A stretch of 64,000 bases of DNA, from contig NW_002060943.1 in assembly GCF_000150275.1 (NCBI RefSeq), positions 12,533,694 to 12,597,693 of the forward strand. Reading direction: 5' to 3'. The notes under the pieces were generated by a model. The model did not search any database and was not told the origin of the DNA. It was given only the letters and a program-made list of their open reading frames with translations. Source of the DNA: Trichoplax adhaerens. Taxonomy: Eukaryota > Animalia > Placozoa. Position 1 is the first letter of the stretch; each line of letters begins with the position of its first letter. The position numbers were made by a program, and so were the translations under genes. This document shows, one piece after another, positions 1-12,087 of the stretch.

Positions 1-694
1 GTAGTCTTGTGCGATGGGCTTGCAGTCAATTTAGCCAAAGGTAAAAATAAACTGATTTTAGACTTCCCAAGCGTCATATTTCAGCGGATGATTTATTGCA
101 GCTACTGGGTATTAGTGTACCAGTGTCTCTATTTACAATTCAACTGGATGGGAAATCAGTTATAACCTTATACTGCTGCAGGCTGTAAGGAACTTTAGAG
201 ACATATAACATGGGAGATAGGGTTCGTCTTATTGAATATTATTTACTGGGTTTCCTTCTGGCAAATCATGAAGCAAATCAGAAGGAAATCGAAGTGATGC
301 CGCGAGCAAGTGGAAACCAAGGTAACCACAACAGATCAAATTAAACGAATGCGAATCGTTGTAAATGTGATTAATAATTGTGACATGGAAGAAATGTTGA
401 TTTCTTGACGATCATCAGATAAAGTAGTTTGTGTACTGCATACGTTGAAATACTTGTAGACTGTACTAAAGGTAGAGAGGATTGATATATCTGTTTCCAA
501 TCTTGTGAATGTGGCTGCAGCCATAGCTCATGTTGCAAGCGCAAGCGATGACTGATCAAATAATAACGTGATAGCAGCTACAACGCATTTATACTGATGA
601 AATTGCCATAATATAACCTCAGTCTCGCTTTAAGATCATTAATGATATACGTTCTCGATTTATTGTTGTTGTTCTTGCATTAACGTTGCTTAGC

Positions 695-2702
695 ATGCTG
701 CAGAAATTGAGTGATGGTGACTTTATCGGCGTGATAGATTTGGATAATCAGCCAATATACTAGGAGAAGATATAAGCAATGTCTTATTCTTGAAAGACAG
801 TAATGACGTCAATCCTTGATCACTTGTTTAATGCACTGTACTCGTAGTATGACAGCTCTTTTCTGTCATTTCGATTTCTTTAGCTACGGCACAAGATCTC
901 ATCCAAGATAAAGTATCCTCCTATTTATCGTCAATTGTAGATGAAGATCAGTCGAATGATAGGTAATATCATATCGTAGACATTCACTCAACAATATCTT
1001 ATTAGCTTTACCTGATTGCGTTTTAATTTCTCGGTTGCATAAGAGCAGGCACTTAGTGATCCTTGTAGCTGGAGTTGCTTATTTGCAATGCTTCATACAA
1101 TGCAACTGGACTGGCCCTAGGATAGCTTCCGAGGCATTGCCTAGAGTACAAGAACTAAATCCATGTGCTCAAAAATTGCTCAGCTGCGATGAAGAAGTAA
1201 GCTTTCAACATGATACAGATCTTCATGACTTGTTACACTATACATAGCTATTACTCATGGTCCAAATTTTCCTCTAGCCTCCTTACCCTTTGGCTGATTT
1301 CTACGGTCTCTTATGGATCTCTCGATTATTGTTATTTAATTGCCGAAATCAATTGAGCTGCCCTAAAGGTAGTGATAAACTATTGTATATCCAAAGGACG
1401 TTTGGGCTCAGAGTTTAAAATAGATATTTAAGCAATCAATTGATTTCATAAATCCTTCCTCGACTAGTACATGCGTTGTACTGCATCGTCCGTCTATGTT
1501 ACTGTTTGAATAAAAAAGTACTTTTATCTGTAACACGTATTTTATGTATTTCAATAGACAGCTCCAATATGGTGCATAAGATGTCTTTATGCCCATCAGC
1601 AATTATTTAACGATACCATTCCAGATCTCATGCAAGCGATTTTCGCACAGATTGACATAGGTAAGATCTTACGGTAACGGATTGATGTTCATGCAAAGAT
1701 TTAATATACCAGATATAGCATCAAGGTTTACGTTGAATGTAAATGACATACGCGTATTTTTATTCCTAGTTACCGATGGTCTTTTGCAAGAGGAAGATTT
1801 TCCATCGTAAGGAATCTGTACTTGTTCGATTTAATATCGTTTTATATCCTTAAAATAGGTTCATTTTCAATACTTCATTGTATCTAATAAATATGGCTCA
1901 TGTAATATTATTGATAGGCTACTTTGCTGTCAAGTCTACGTGGAATTTTCTCACTTGAAACGGTGTTACTGTGGTTATTTTGAAGCTAAGGTATATGACC
2001 AAAATAGATACTTTTTAGATCTAGTACCACATATTAGCAAATTGAATTGATTGAACCATGTCTCACTCTTTTAGAAATTGCTTCGAAAAGCTGAGTCTGT
2101 GATCGGCTTAAAGTTGGAGCTAAAAGGTATCAGTCGTACGACAATTAATAATTCAGATTAATATCGTTATTAATGCAATAACTAAAATCCTTTCGCCTTG
2201 GTATTAGGTCGATTAGGAAAACGTACTCGTTTTCAGGAAAAAAAATTGGCTCAACTTACCGCTTCAATAAAGTGCGAAACGCTGAAAGGTTTGTAACTGT
2301 ATTTGTGAGCAGGAAGTTATCATTGCTACATAGCCTAGACCTGTATCATGTAGAATTTTTAAGTTAATGTGTCATTGGATTGTTGTTAGTCGTGTGCTTT
2401 CTTTTCTAAATAGATAATCGGATAAATATAGAAGAATTTTCGAAATTGGAAACTGCTGCCCTTCCGAAAGTATGACAGCACTCGCTTTTACACTTACTTG
2501 AGTAGATAACGTTAAAATAGAATTCGGAATATTTTTCTAAGATTCTAATTGTATAATTATTTGAACTGTTTTAATTCTGTACTGAAATTTAGGATGTTAC
2601 ATTGGATGATGATACCGTAATGCATCGCATTAAATTTTCGGACAATCAAGGAGACATTCCTGTTTTATTGCCTATAGAGGAAATAGTAATACTAGCCAAT
2701 GG
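695..2702 (+). pseudogene. TTC27: TTC27 (EMW1-like TPR protein 27), N-terminal third only; probable truncated pseudogene
   Basis: Chain of GT-AG exons translates to TTC27-diagnostic motifs: LVAGVAYLQCFIQCNWTGP (~1049-1196), WCIRCLYAHQQL (~1562-1660), GRLGKRTRFQEKKLAQL (~2208-2288), DVTLDDDTVMHRIKF..EEIVILA (~2593-2702). Apparent frameshift near 745. No usable donor after the last exon and no C-terminal TPR exons found in the window. Confidence 0.85.
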
Positions 2703-2704
2703 AT

Positions 2705-5578
2705 ATGCGCGCAAGCGATCATGGTAAATATAAGGAACCTTGGTCATTCCCTTGATATCACTTCACATTCGTAACCTTTGCTCCACTAATAAAATTTTAT
2801 TTTTCTATCTGTTGTATATCATATTTGAATGATATTTGGATAGGTACTGGTATCCAAAGCAAAAATTACTTAAAAGCGTATAATAGAGCAATAAAGCAAG
2901 GAAAGCGTCGCAATAATTTGATTCGTGCTATGTTTGTTGGGCCTCGTAATGTCGGTAAATCATCGATTATGAGAGTTTTCACTCAGCAAAGGCTAACCGG
3001 TCATGACTCACCGACACAAGTTGCTGAATGGTCGGAAAGAATGATCAAAATCAATGCTTATGACGTTTATGATGGGAAATTTTGTGCTATGAGTGAAATA
3101 TTAGAAAAAATGTAATCGCGTCTATAGAAGAATCGCCTCAAGTTACCAAAGAACTTGATGACAATCCAAACTTCAAGAAGCAGATTATCGAAACACCCAT
3201 ATTAAGTAAAGAGAATGCACAAGCTGCAACAGACGAATCATCATTAAATAACGTATGCCTCGTCTCTTCTGATACAACCCAAAGCGACAATCTAATAGTA
3301 TCGATCTCATCTCAAGTTACTAAGATTTCGCTAGAGAGTGAATTTAATTCGAGCACAATGCAAAACGACCTTCAAGACTATTTTGTATCCATTACGAAAG
3401 ACAACAAAGATGCAAAAGAGGATAGAAAATATGCTAAAATATGGGATTTCGGTGGCCACTCTGTCTATCACGTTACCCATCGGCCGTTTATATCCGCTAA
3501 TAATATTTATATTCTTGTCTTTAACATTACCCAAAATATTAATGGCAAAGTAAAAACAAGAGATGATTTACTACTTAATATCACCTATTTACAAGCCATG
3601 CAAGAATGGCTTACGTCGATTATAAGCGGCCATAGGGATCAAAGTGATATTAGCATCAATGTTGACAGTGTACCTGTGAAATATCATTGCCTATTGTTAT
3701 TCTTGTGGCTTCTCATGGCGATAGTCTTGATGGCAAAGAAGATAGAAATAGTCGATTTAAACAATTTGAGCAAGATTTAATTTCTTATATGCCAACTTAT
3801 TAGCGTAATATCTACTCTTCAGGTATTATTTTTAATTGTAAACCTGAAGATAATAACTTAGCTACGCTATCTCAACGTCGAGAATGTTGTCATCGTTTAC
3901 ATCTCATTATTAAAGAATTTGTTCTATCCTTATCATTTATTCGTAATCCAATTCCTATCAGGTGGTATATTATGGCTACAATACTCAATACATCTTTTCA
4001 CAGATATGAAAATCAAGAGTCATCATCCGTAATTAATCAAATTAGAGCAGCTCGTGTTCGTGATATTATGACTATGCAAGATGTAACATTATTAGCTCAA
4101 GATTATAGGTTGTATGAAAGTGAAGAGGAGCTAAAAGCGATGCTAATGTATTTACACGACTTAGGAGAGATTATATTTTATCAGAAAGCGGGCGATAACG
4201 GAATTATTATAACTAATGTCGATCGGTTATTAGATATATTTCGCGCGATCATTCAGTTAGATGAATGTTTAAGCGGAAGTTTAGAATTAAAATCTGAATA
4301 CAAGAAAGCGAGCCAAACCGGAAGACTATCAAGGGTGTACATCGAATATTCTCTTAAAAAATTTAAGTTAGATGAAAATAGCAAGAATTGTATATTAAAT
4401 TTGATGGAAACATATGATATTATTTGTTCGATTAGAAATGATAATATCGAAAATAGAGAAGATAGTCAATACTTTGTTCCATATTTACTTCGTCCCGATG
4501 TGAAACCTTTTGATTTAAGCAGATTTCATAAGTCGGATTGGCTATATATCGGCTACTCGTACAAAGAAGTTCCTCATATTCCAGATGGAATTTATTATTG
4601 TTTACTGTCATCGTGCTTAAGAGAATGGAATAATACAAAGGTAGAAATATGTTATCAATGCGCTAAATTTTATCTGAAAGAAGATCACTACTACCTTATC
4701 GTTAAAAAAGAGCAATCGTACATAGGCTTACGATATTGTTATCAAAAAATGGCCGACGCTAAAACTGACCGAATGTTTAAGAGCAAAATCAGAGACTGTA
4801 TACGCGAAAAGCGTCCTCACGATATTGTACTGAAGAAATTGTCGTCTATAGTTGCTGAAAGGATGCCCAAGTTTTACAATGCGACATGTTATTTTCACGT
4901 CCAATGTCCAGAATGTCATAAATTAACTAAAATAACGAGTAAATGTAGTCTAGAAGGTAATAAGATGACTGAATGTGAATATTGTAATGAATTCTTTTCA
5001 AGTCAATCTGCAAAGGATTGGAAAATTGATGAGGAGGAGCCAGAAATATGTAAGTTATACCTGAAATTTGATTTGCTAGTATAATTCTAATTGGATCTTA
5101 ACTAGAATAGCGATCGTTATACAATGCACAGTACAATATATTAGTATCTTTTATCAAAGTAGTATCGATGCCGAGATATAGTACATGATTATTTTACAAA
5201 TTATTAATGCAGAAGTATCAATTTTCAAGTAGTTCAATTTTATATCACTAATTAATTACATCTATTTTCAAATTAGCCGTTTCGAAAGAAGTAGATCCTA
5301 AAGAAGTAGATATCAGGCACTATTTTTCTTGTATTGCAAATTTAATCGAAACGGACTGGAAAAAGTTAGCAGCTGTATTAGATCCGAAAATTAGTACTAA
5401 AGTTATCCAAGAACAAAATCGAAACGATGTATTTGGCCAAGCGATAGAACTACTAAATAAATGGTACAATAAATATCCACATGTTGGTATTCGTCGTCTA
5501 GAAGTCGCCTTGAGACGCATAGGAAGAAGCGATATTGTTACTCGTATTAATCAAATTAATCAAGAATTAAATATATAA
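2705..5578 (+). pseudogene. Roco-family protein (Roc GTPase-COR-CxxC/CxxC-Death domain), disrupted
   Basis: P-loop GPRNVGKSS, G3 KIWDFGG, G4-like IVILVASHGD (shifted frame ~3685-3725), COR motifs IPIRW, LMYLHDLGEIIFY and YFVPYLL, then CPECH..CEYCN. Donor at 5050; death-domain exon 5277-5578 (IETDWKKLAAVLDPKI..LLNKW..LEVALRRIGRSDIV). Lesions: frameshifts at ~3105-3110 and ~3684, in-frame TAG 3801-3803. Putative first mini-exon 2705-2723 splices to 2844. Confidence 0.88.
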
Positions 5579-5920
5579 ATATAAATTTTGTAATAATTTT
5601 ACCATTATTTGCTTCTAAAACGAGCTAAATAGTGAAAAATGCATAAAAATTAACTAGGATTATCAGAGCTGTTCTCGTTATAATTCAACTTACGTAAAAG
5701 AAATTGCTAGCAGCTTTTACTCATTGGTAGCTATTATATCGCCTAACTAATTTACACTGAAATTTGGAATACTTATTGTTCAAGATTTGATAGTAACTAT
5801 TTTTATACTCGTCTGTTGTGAAATAATCACTTTCATATTAGCAGATTTTGTTGTGTGTGTAGAAGTATTGATCAATTGATAAAAAAAATTATACTAGTTA
5901 ATTTTGTAACTGGAAATAAA

Positions 5921-6229
5921 TACAATGCAATTTGGGATAAGTTGGCCCCAACAATTAAAACTCATGAATTATATACCCACCTAGTCCAAATTTGTGGTTC
6001 AATAATAATTAAGCTGACTTTATTCTTTTGACTAACTTTATTCATGTTACCAAATAACCTTGAGGAGGCTTAATATTTCTATTTGGTGTTTGAGTCGAAA
6101 TTTTAGTCTATAATATGGTATCAAAAGAATAAAAAATTCAATCATGTTTCTATCGAGAACTTTTCGTATTTCTTGGTCGGCAGCCTACCTCAAATTTTTG
6201 TTAAATCAGACACCCAAAAATTGTATTGT
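5921..6229. mobile_element. Possible MITE-like element with imperfect terminal inverted repeats
   Basis: TACAATGCAATTTGGG at the left end versus CCCAAAAATTGTATTGT at the right end; internal inverted pair TTGAGGAGGCT (~6060) / AGCCTACCTCAA (~6182). No clear TSD. Confidence 0.3.
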
Positions 6230-7902
6230 TTTCTCCATTAGCAGGCTGCTTTTCAGATATTTCGAATTTTGCGCATTTCTTTGCTATGCATGCAATCTAT
6301 ATATTCACTGATGGCTTGTTTTAGAATTATGATTCTGCTATTAATTTGATAGTAGATTCCTTTGCTGTCATTTCAGTTTATAGTTACTAACGATTCATTG
6401 CCTATTTCCTGACTCGAAGTATCGTCAGCACTATTCAAAAATAAGTACTAGGGTGTATTGCCATTTCTTAGCATAGGCTTTGTATCTCTAGGCTTTACAA
6501 CCACTAGTTTGACGACCAATTCACTTGACTGGCTATGCTCAAATTTGGTATCGTATGGTTTCGCCGCTAATGTTATAGTATATAATATAATAAATTAAAT
6601 CTTATGGGAGGCGCGTATGTAACTGTTTTAACGCGGTTCAGAGCAGATTTAGTTTTCATGAGTTTCGTTGTTTCATTACGTGGTTTATTATCCTGATTGA
6701 TATCGCTATTACGAAGCTGTGCGGTTGATAGATTAAGAATCTTCAAGACTTCAAAAATTAGGAGTTATTGAACAAAACCTCGTTTACAATGATACAACGT
6801 AATCGATCAGCTTAGGACCTCTAACGAGAAAGAACTATTTTACTGTACTAAACTACTCGCTTATATGCATTTCCATGTTAACAATCTTAGCTCCTTACTT
6901 ACTACACACTTCAGTATTAACATCTCAAATAAAGGATAGTTTACACCTTTTATGCAAAGCTCTAGTATGAGCACTGTAGCACTCCTCTTCAAAAGGATAC
7001 AGTTACATAGCTAGCTATATTTAATACTTAAGCCTCTAACGGAATATCTATCACACGTAGAACACTATAAATACAGTAGACATTACTAAATATATTAACT
7101 TAGAATACAATATTACTCTGTCTTACAGAAACTATCGAAGGCAATTAAATATACCGTAGACAATAAGGAAAATGTAGTATTTTGTAAATAATTACTTTTT
7201 ACTTGTACGAGAATTTATATCTGAGAAATTTTTGTTTGCTTGTATTATTCTCTAGATAATAGTTTGACTCCTTATATATCTGTCAGCTAAAACAAATTGA
7301 TTATATTTGCAAAAGATAAATTTGAATGCCAAGTCTAGCAAGAACATTATGCGGTTCTAGCATATCTATTCTTAAATAGTTGTACAAAACAATTTCACCT
7401 AATTTTAAGTATCGTTTAATACGTATTATGGCTACAAATTTTAGAAATATCCTTCAGAAAACATATATACCTAAATATCTTTACAAGAAAAATAGGGCAA
7501 TATGGAGTTAATTATCTCGTATCAATATTTTTCAAGCTGTTCATTTATACAATTCTTAAAATTTAAATTGAAAATTGACGGCTATATAACATAATATTTT
7601 ATAGATCACAAATAATTTCTTCTTGCATGATGATTTAAAATATTATATTTATTCTTTGGCACAATAAATATAAATATGCCAGTGTTATAGGAGTATAGTT
7701 TGCATGAAATATGCTGAAAAAAAAATCATTTGTGGATATATTAGTCTTATTTAATGGTATTTTCATAGAATCTTATAATACGGTATGTAATACTTTTAGT
7801 ATAATACTGGCCCTTGTAGTACATTATCTTTGCACCAATATGTCATGTATTGATACACAGACTAGCTTATAAAAGGAGTTGAAAAAAGAAATAAAGAGGA
7901 GC

Positions 7903-8261
7903 TTAAGCGCGTGTACTCGGTCGGTTGCGAGCTATACAATATAATCCGACTACGAATATAGCGAGAACAATAATTGAAGATAGACGATTGATACGTAGAA
8001 TGGGCTCTGCCTTTGGTATGTTTTTGGTGCCCACAATATCTTTTCTAGAAATTTCCAGCAAAGCTTTATCTAGCTTATCAGTTGTCGCATTTGTAGAATT
8101 TTTCTGACGCCATGTATTAAGAAATTTCAATGCCCGATTGAAATCATTATTTTCCTCTTCTTTGATTGCATTAACCGGAATTTCTGGGTCGAGTACTCTC
8201 GCTAATCTTGTCCAATCTGCTCCGATCTTGCTCGCAATATGACGAATGTAATTGTTTAGGC
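7903..8261 (-). CDS. Terminal exon: death domain plus C-terminal transmembrane anchor (3' end of ZU5-UPA-DD-DD-TM gene)
   Basis: AG acceptor at 8262-8263. Translation LNNYIRHIASKIGADWTRLARVLDPEI..ALKFLNTWRQK..LDKALLEISRKDIV, then LSSIIVLAIFVVGLYCIA and basic tail RNRPSTRA*. Confidence 0.85.
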
Positions 8262-10597
8262 CTTGAAAGTGAGCAAACGCATGATAAAATCGTCAATATA
8301 CCGATACTTGTCTTTGTTTGCAAATTTAATTAGCAGTACTATAAACAAAACGTTATTTTACAACGCACGGACTACATTATTTAGCATTATCCAAGATCAC
8401 AGAGAAAATTAAAATGTTTACTAATACTATTATAACCGCAATAAAGCGGAAAAAATATTGGTATGTGTAAGCTTTAATTATTCAACTCGTATTATTTCAA
8501 AGTCGAAAAAATCGTCAACTAGGTAACTGTAGTTAAAATGAAGGTCTTTACCTCAAGTATAATATTTAACAAAAGCTTACTAACTCCTATTTCGTAGCGT
8601 TTTTAAGATCAAAATTATGATTTATCTCAAAGTTATCCGGAAATGAAATGCAAATGACACCTGAAGAACTATTCTGAATTAAGCAATTTAGGAAAAACTT
8701 CGTATGGTGCGATATATACCACAAAGACAGCTTATACGTAAATGCAAACTGAATAACATTAGACTACTAACGAGAACAACCAATCATAGTAACATCAGTG
8801 CTATCAGTAATCATGGTATTTGTTTGCAGTATTATTACTCTATCAAGTCGTAGGTGTTAAATTTATTTATGAAAACGTGGTACTGCTTGTTAACTATGCT
8901 ATTCTTGCTTATATAATTATAATGTAAGTGGTATACTTAAACTCAGCTTCGTTGCCACAAGCTTCTTGAAAATACAAAGTGCAAATAATCCATGAAAAGA
9001 TAATTAAAGTAAAGATTGCTGCAAGACTAGTACTATTGAACTGACTGCGCAGACTAAATACTGCTTATTGTCATCAAATTGCGTTAGTTGCGGTAGTATC
9101 GAAAATTTAAAGGATGTGATAATCTCAAAAATTATTCTAGAGAATAACATTTTCAAAATTTAGCGTACAGAATCCATCTTTAACTTAATATATTGTCATG
9201 CTATATTATTTCATATACAATTGAGTGCAATGTAGCCCAAAATAGATCATGCCTGGAGCTTATACGGTGTAAAATAGAGGTTTGCAGTTTGCAGATTCTT
9301 ACAATCTTACAAGCATGATCCATTTTAGTGGTCATACGATATAAAGAAAGCTGTCACAAATATTAAAATGATAACGCTTTATTTTAAAACGGTACTTCTT
9401 CGCTAATGTAAAGTAAATCATAATATTATCTATCAATAAACATGCCTTGGATTTCTCGGTCAGCGCTGTTAGATAGTTCATCATCTTTCTTTAGATTTTT
9501 TCAATGGCTCGGCAGCTTTAAGAATGACATGTAAATAAAAAAAAGTTTAATCGATAGAACCTATGACTGACAATCCAATGTTTCTCCTTTTAATTTTAAT
9601 GCCAAATTTTATCAGTAAATATCGCTATTATTCTTATCTCTCTAAACACTTTAAATCCAAAATAATAAAACTAAAGAAAAATTTCAGTTAGCATGCAATA
9701 TCTAGAAAGTATGTTCACTAAGATAATCTAGCAGTGAATTTTTTTTTAATATATTGCCTTGTATGTTAGACTATGTACTATTCATCGTACTGCGTAAATG
9801 CTATGTATCTTAATTATGGTTGGTAACGTTTAGAACTGTTTGATCTCATTTCTAAGTTTAAATAATTATGCGTAATTAACACAGTATAGTCACGGTCCGA
9901 TTTTGGATGTAAAATGCGAACTTGAACATTCAAACAAGGAATATGTACAGTAAATCAATGAAAAATTTTGAGAAAATTTCTAGTCAAGTAATTGAATGAA
10001 AATTGATATGATTTTTAATTTTTTCAAGACAGAATATTTGTTGGATTCTGTTAGTATATCATGTTTTTTGCAGTCGTCTAACACCACATGAACTATTATC
10101 ATCTACGTTGAATTTGATTTTACAATCAATATTACCTTCTTCTACATTGACTACATCTCTAAAGCTAACAAATACGGCTAATAGCCGTATCTACCTCAGA
10201 TCTAGATAGTTGCAATAGTTGCAGTGTTAGTATATCTTACGTTACTTTATGACATCTAACGCTCCTCTGTAATATCTATAGTATTATTATAGGATTTATG
10301 GTCCAAAGTAATGAATCTATTTTCTATTAAACTATTTATTTCAATCTTTCAACAGTAGTATACCCTATTAGTATCTTTGCGGAGATATAGATGGTGATAA
10401 TCGTCGCTAAAAAACTGATTTGGGTTATAACGCAAAGTTTAATATGAAATTAAAGTCTTGTCGTGTTACGCTTGAGATACGCTATCGTATCTACAGTAAA
10501 TTAAAAATAGTCTATGAAAATTCATTTATCATAAATTGTGTAAATAATGAGAAGAAAATCTTGATAAACACTTTCTGTTTATAGCATAAAAGCTTAC

Positions 10598-10868
10598 CAT
10601 CTTCTTTTACAGCATTGGCTTTCCTTTTTAAATTTTTATATGTAGAAACAACTTTTAAAGAGTGCTTCAACTAATGCTTTCTTTGTGTAACTCCGACCTT
10701 TTCTACGCTTATAATTACTCAACATTTGCGCACATTGATCGTCAACTGATCCAATTTTTTCAGCTATAATTTTATCGATGTCGCCTTCATCAATTCCAAA
10801 TTCTCTTGCCAAAGTTTTCCACTTCGTTCCAATATCTTTTACGATTTTGCCGTTATACTTCTTGGCTG
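10598..10868 (-). CDS. Death-domain exon of the ZU5-DD gene (one-base frameshift near 3' end)
   Basis: AG/GT-bounded 271-bp exon: IVKDIGTKWKTLAREFGIDEGDIDKI..DQCAQMLSNY..LVEALFK. An extra base in the run at 10653-10656 gives TAA at 10636-10638. Confidence 0.82.
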
Positions 10869-11153
10869 CTACAATAATTTTATTTTATTTGCAAAAATAG
10901 GATCAGCGGCTACTTACGGTACATCATATTAAACAGTATAATAGAAAATCGAATGTAGCAAGAATGAACGATTCTCTCTATACTAAATATATTCCTCTTT
11001 CTAAGTTGAAATTGTTGAAAGCGCTTGCTATACAAACCAATTAAATGACTCTATCTTACAAATCAGGTAAGTCGCTACTATTACAGTATGCGATAGATTT
11101 TACTGTATTATCACTTAAAATAGTAAAAGAATGTTAGCCACAGTACAACTTAC

Positions 11154-11270
11154 AAGAATTGGGTTCGTCCATTTCTATCTCAACAGTTTCATTAGAATCG
11201 ACAGAGTCTTTAAATCGAATTCCGGGTGCACAACCAGCATTGAATTTCTCAGTTTCGTCTGATTCTTGTT
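11154..11270 (-). CDS. Acidic linker exon of the ZU5-DD gene
   Basis: Phase 1-1, 117-bp open exon with TAG acceptor and GTAAGT donor: QESDETEKFNAGCAPGIRFKDSVDSNETVEIEMDEPNS. Confidence 0.7.
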
Positions 11271-11413
11271 CTAGAGTTGAATCGACATTACAAAGATAAA
11301 GTATCATCAGCCATTAAAGAAACCAAAGTATAATGTCATTCGCTACTATGCATGCAAGCGCTCAACATTTCTATAAAGTATTATAACATCGTTAAACGTT
11401 AAAAGTATGAACT

Positions 11414-12087
11414 TGTTACGATACGTAAGCTCGCCCTAATTATTAAGTAATATTAAATATTGTTTGTATGGATTGACGTTTTATTAATTGTCATTTCTTC
11501 ATATAATCTGTTTAATCTTTGATTAATATGATAATGCACAGTTAGCGTTGTTGACAATTGATTTAATTAATTAATTATATGATTAAGGTGTTAAATTGTC
11601 ACCTCGTGTTTACTAGTTAATCTCTTTATTAATTTATTAATTAATTATCAGTTCTTAACAATAGAGGTTGTTAATTAATTATCTTATATAAAGTCTTTAA
11701 TGACAATATTCATAATAATTCCTATAACTTTAAAAGGATAGTTTTATTTTATGTGCACCAGGAGTTTCTGACGAGACTATAAAAGGCTGGTGCCTGAAGA
11801 TCCCTTTTAGTTAGTTAGTCGGTCGGATAGTCAACTATTTTTTCAATTGATATTTAATTGTAAAGTCTATAATCTCGGGTGCCGAGATTTTTTTCAGTAT
11901 TAAATGATAGTAAATCTCTGACTTTCTCGTCTACACTATCTGTGACGCTATAATTATACCATAGTATTCGGTCGTTGGAACTGAATTATTTGGTGGTATA
12001 GCTAATCTCGCCTGTTTAAGTTAGTAAGTGGTGTTCTCCGCAAGGATTGGCGTGTGTAGACTACTTTGTCACTAGTGGTGTGTGACA
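11414..12087. mobile_element. Solo LTR (674 bp) with 5-bp target-site duplication
   Basis: Starts TGTTAC, ends GTGACA, flanked by GAACT (11409-11413 and 12088-12092). Internal TATAAAAG near 11778. The paralogous sequence at ~24030-24060 shows the empty site (AAAAGTATGTACTCTTTTGG). Confidence 0.85.

Noticed and set aside
1-524. Possible minus-strand gene head-to-head with TTC27 (MAAATFTRLETD...)
   Set aside because: No recognisable homology and no consistent exon chain could be built.
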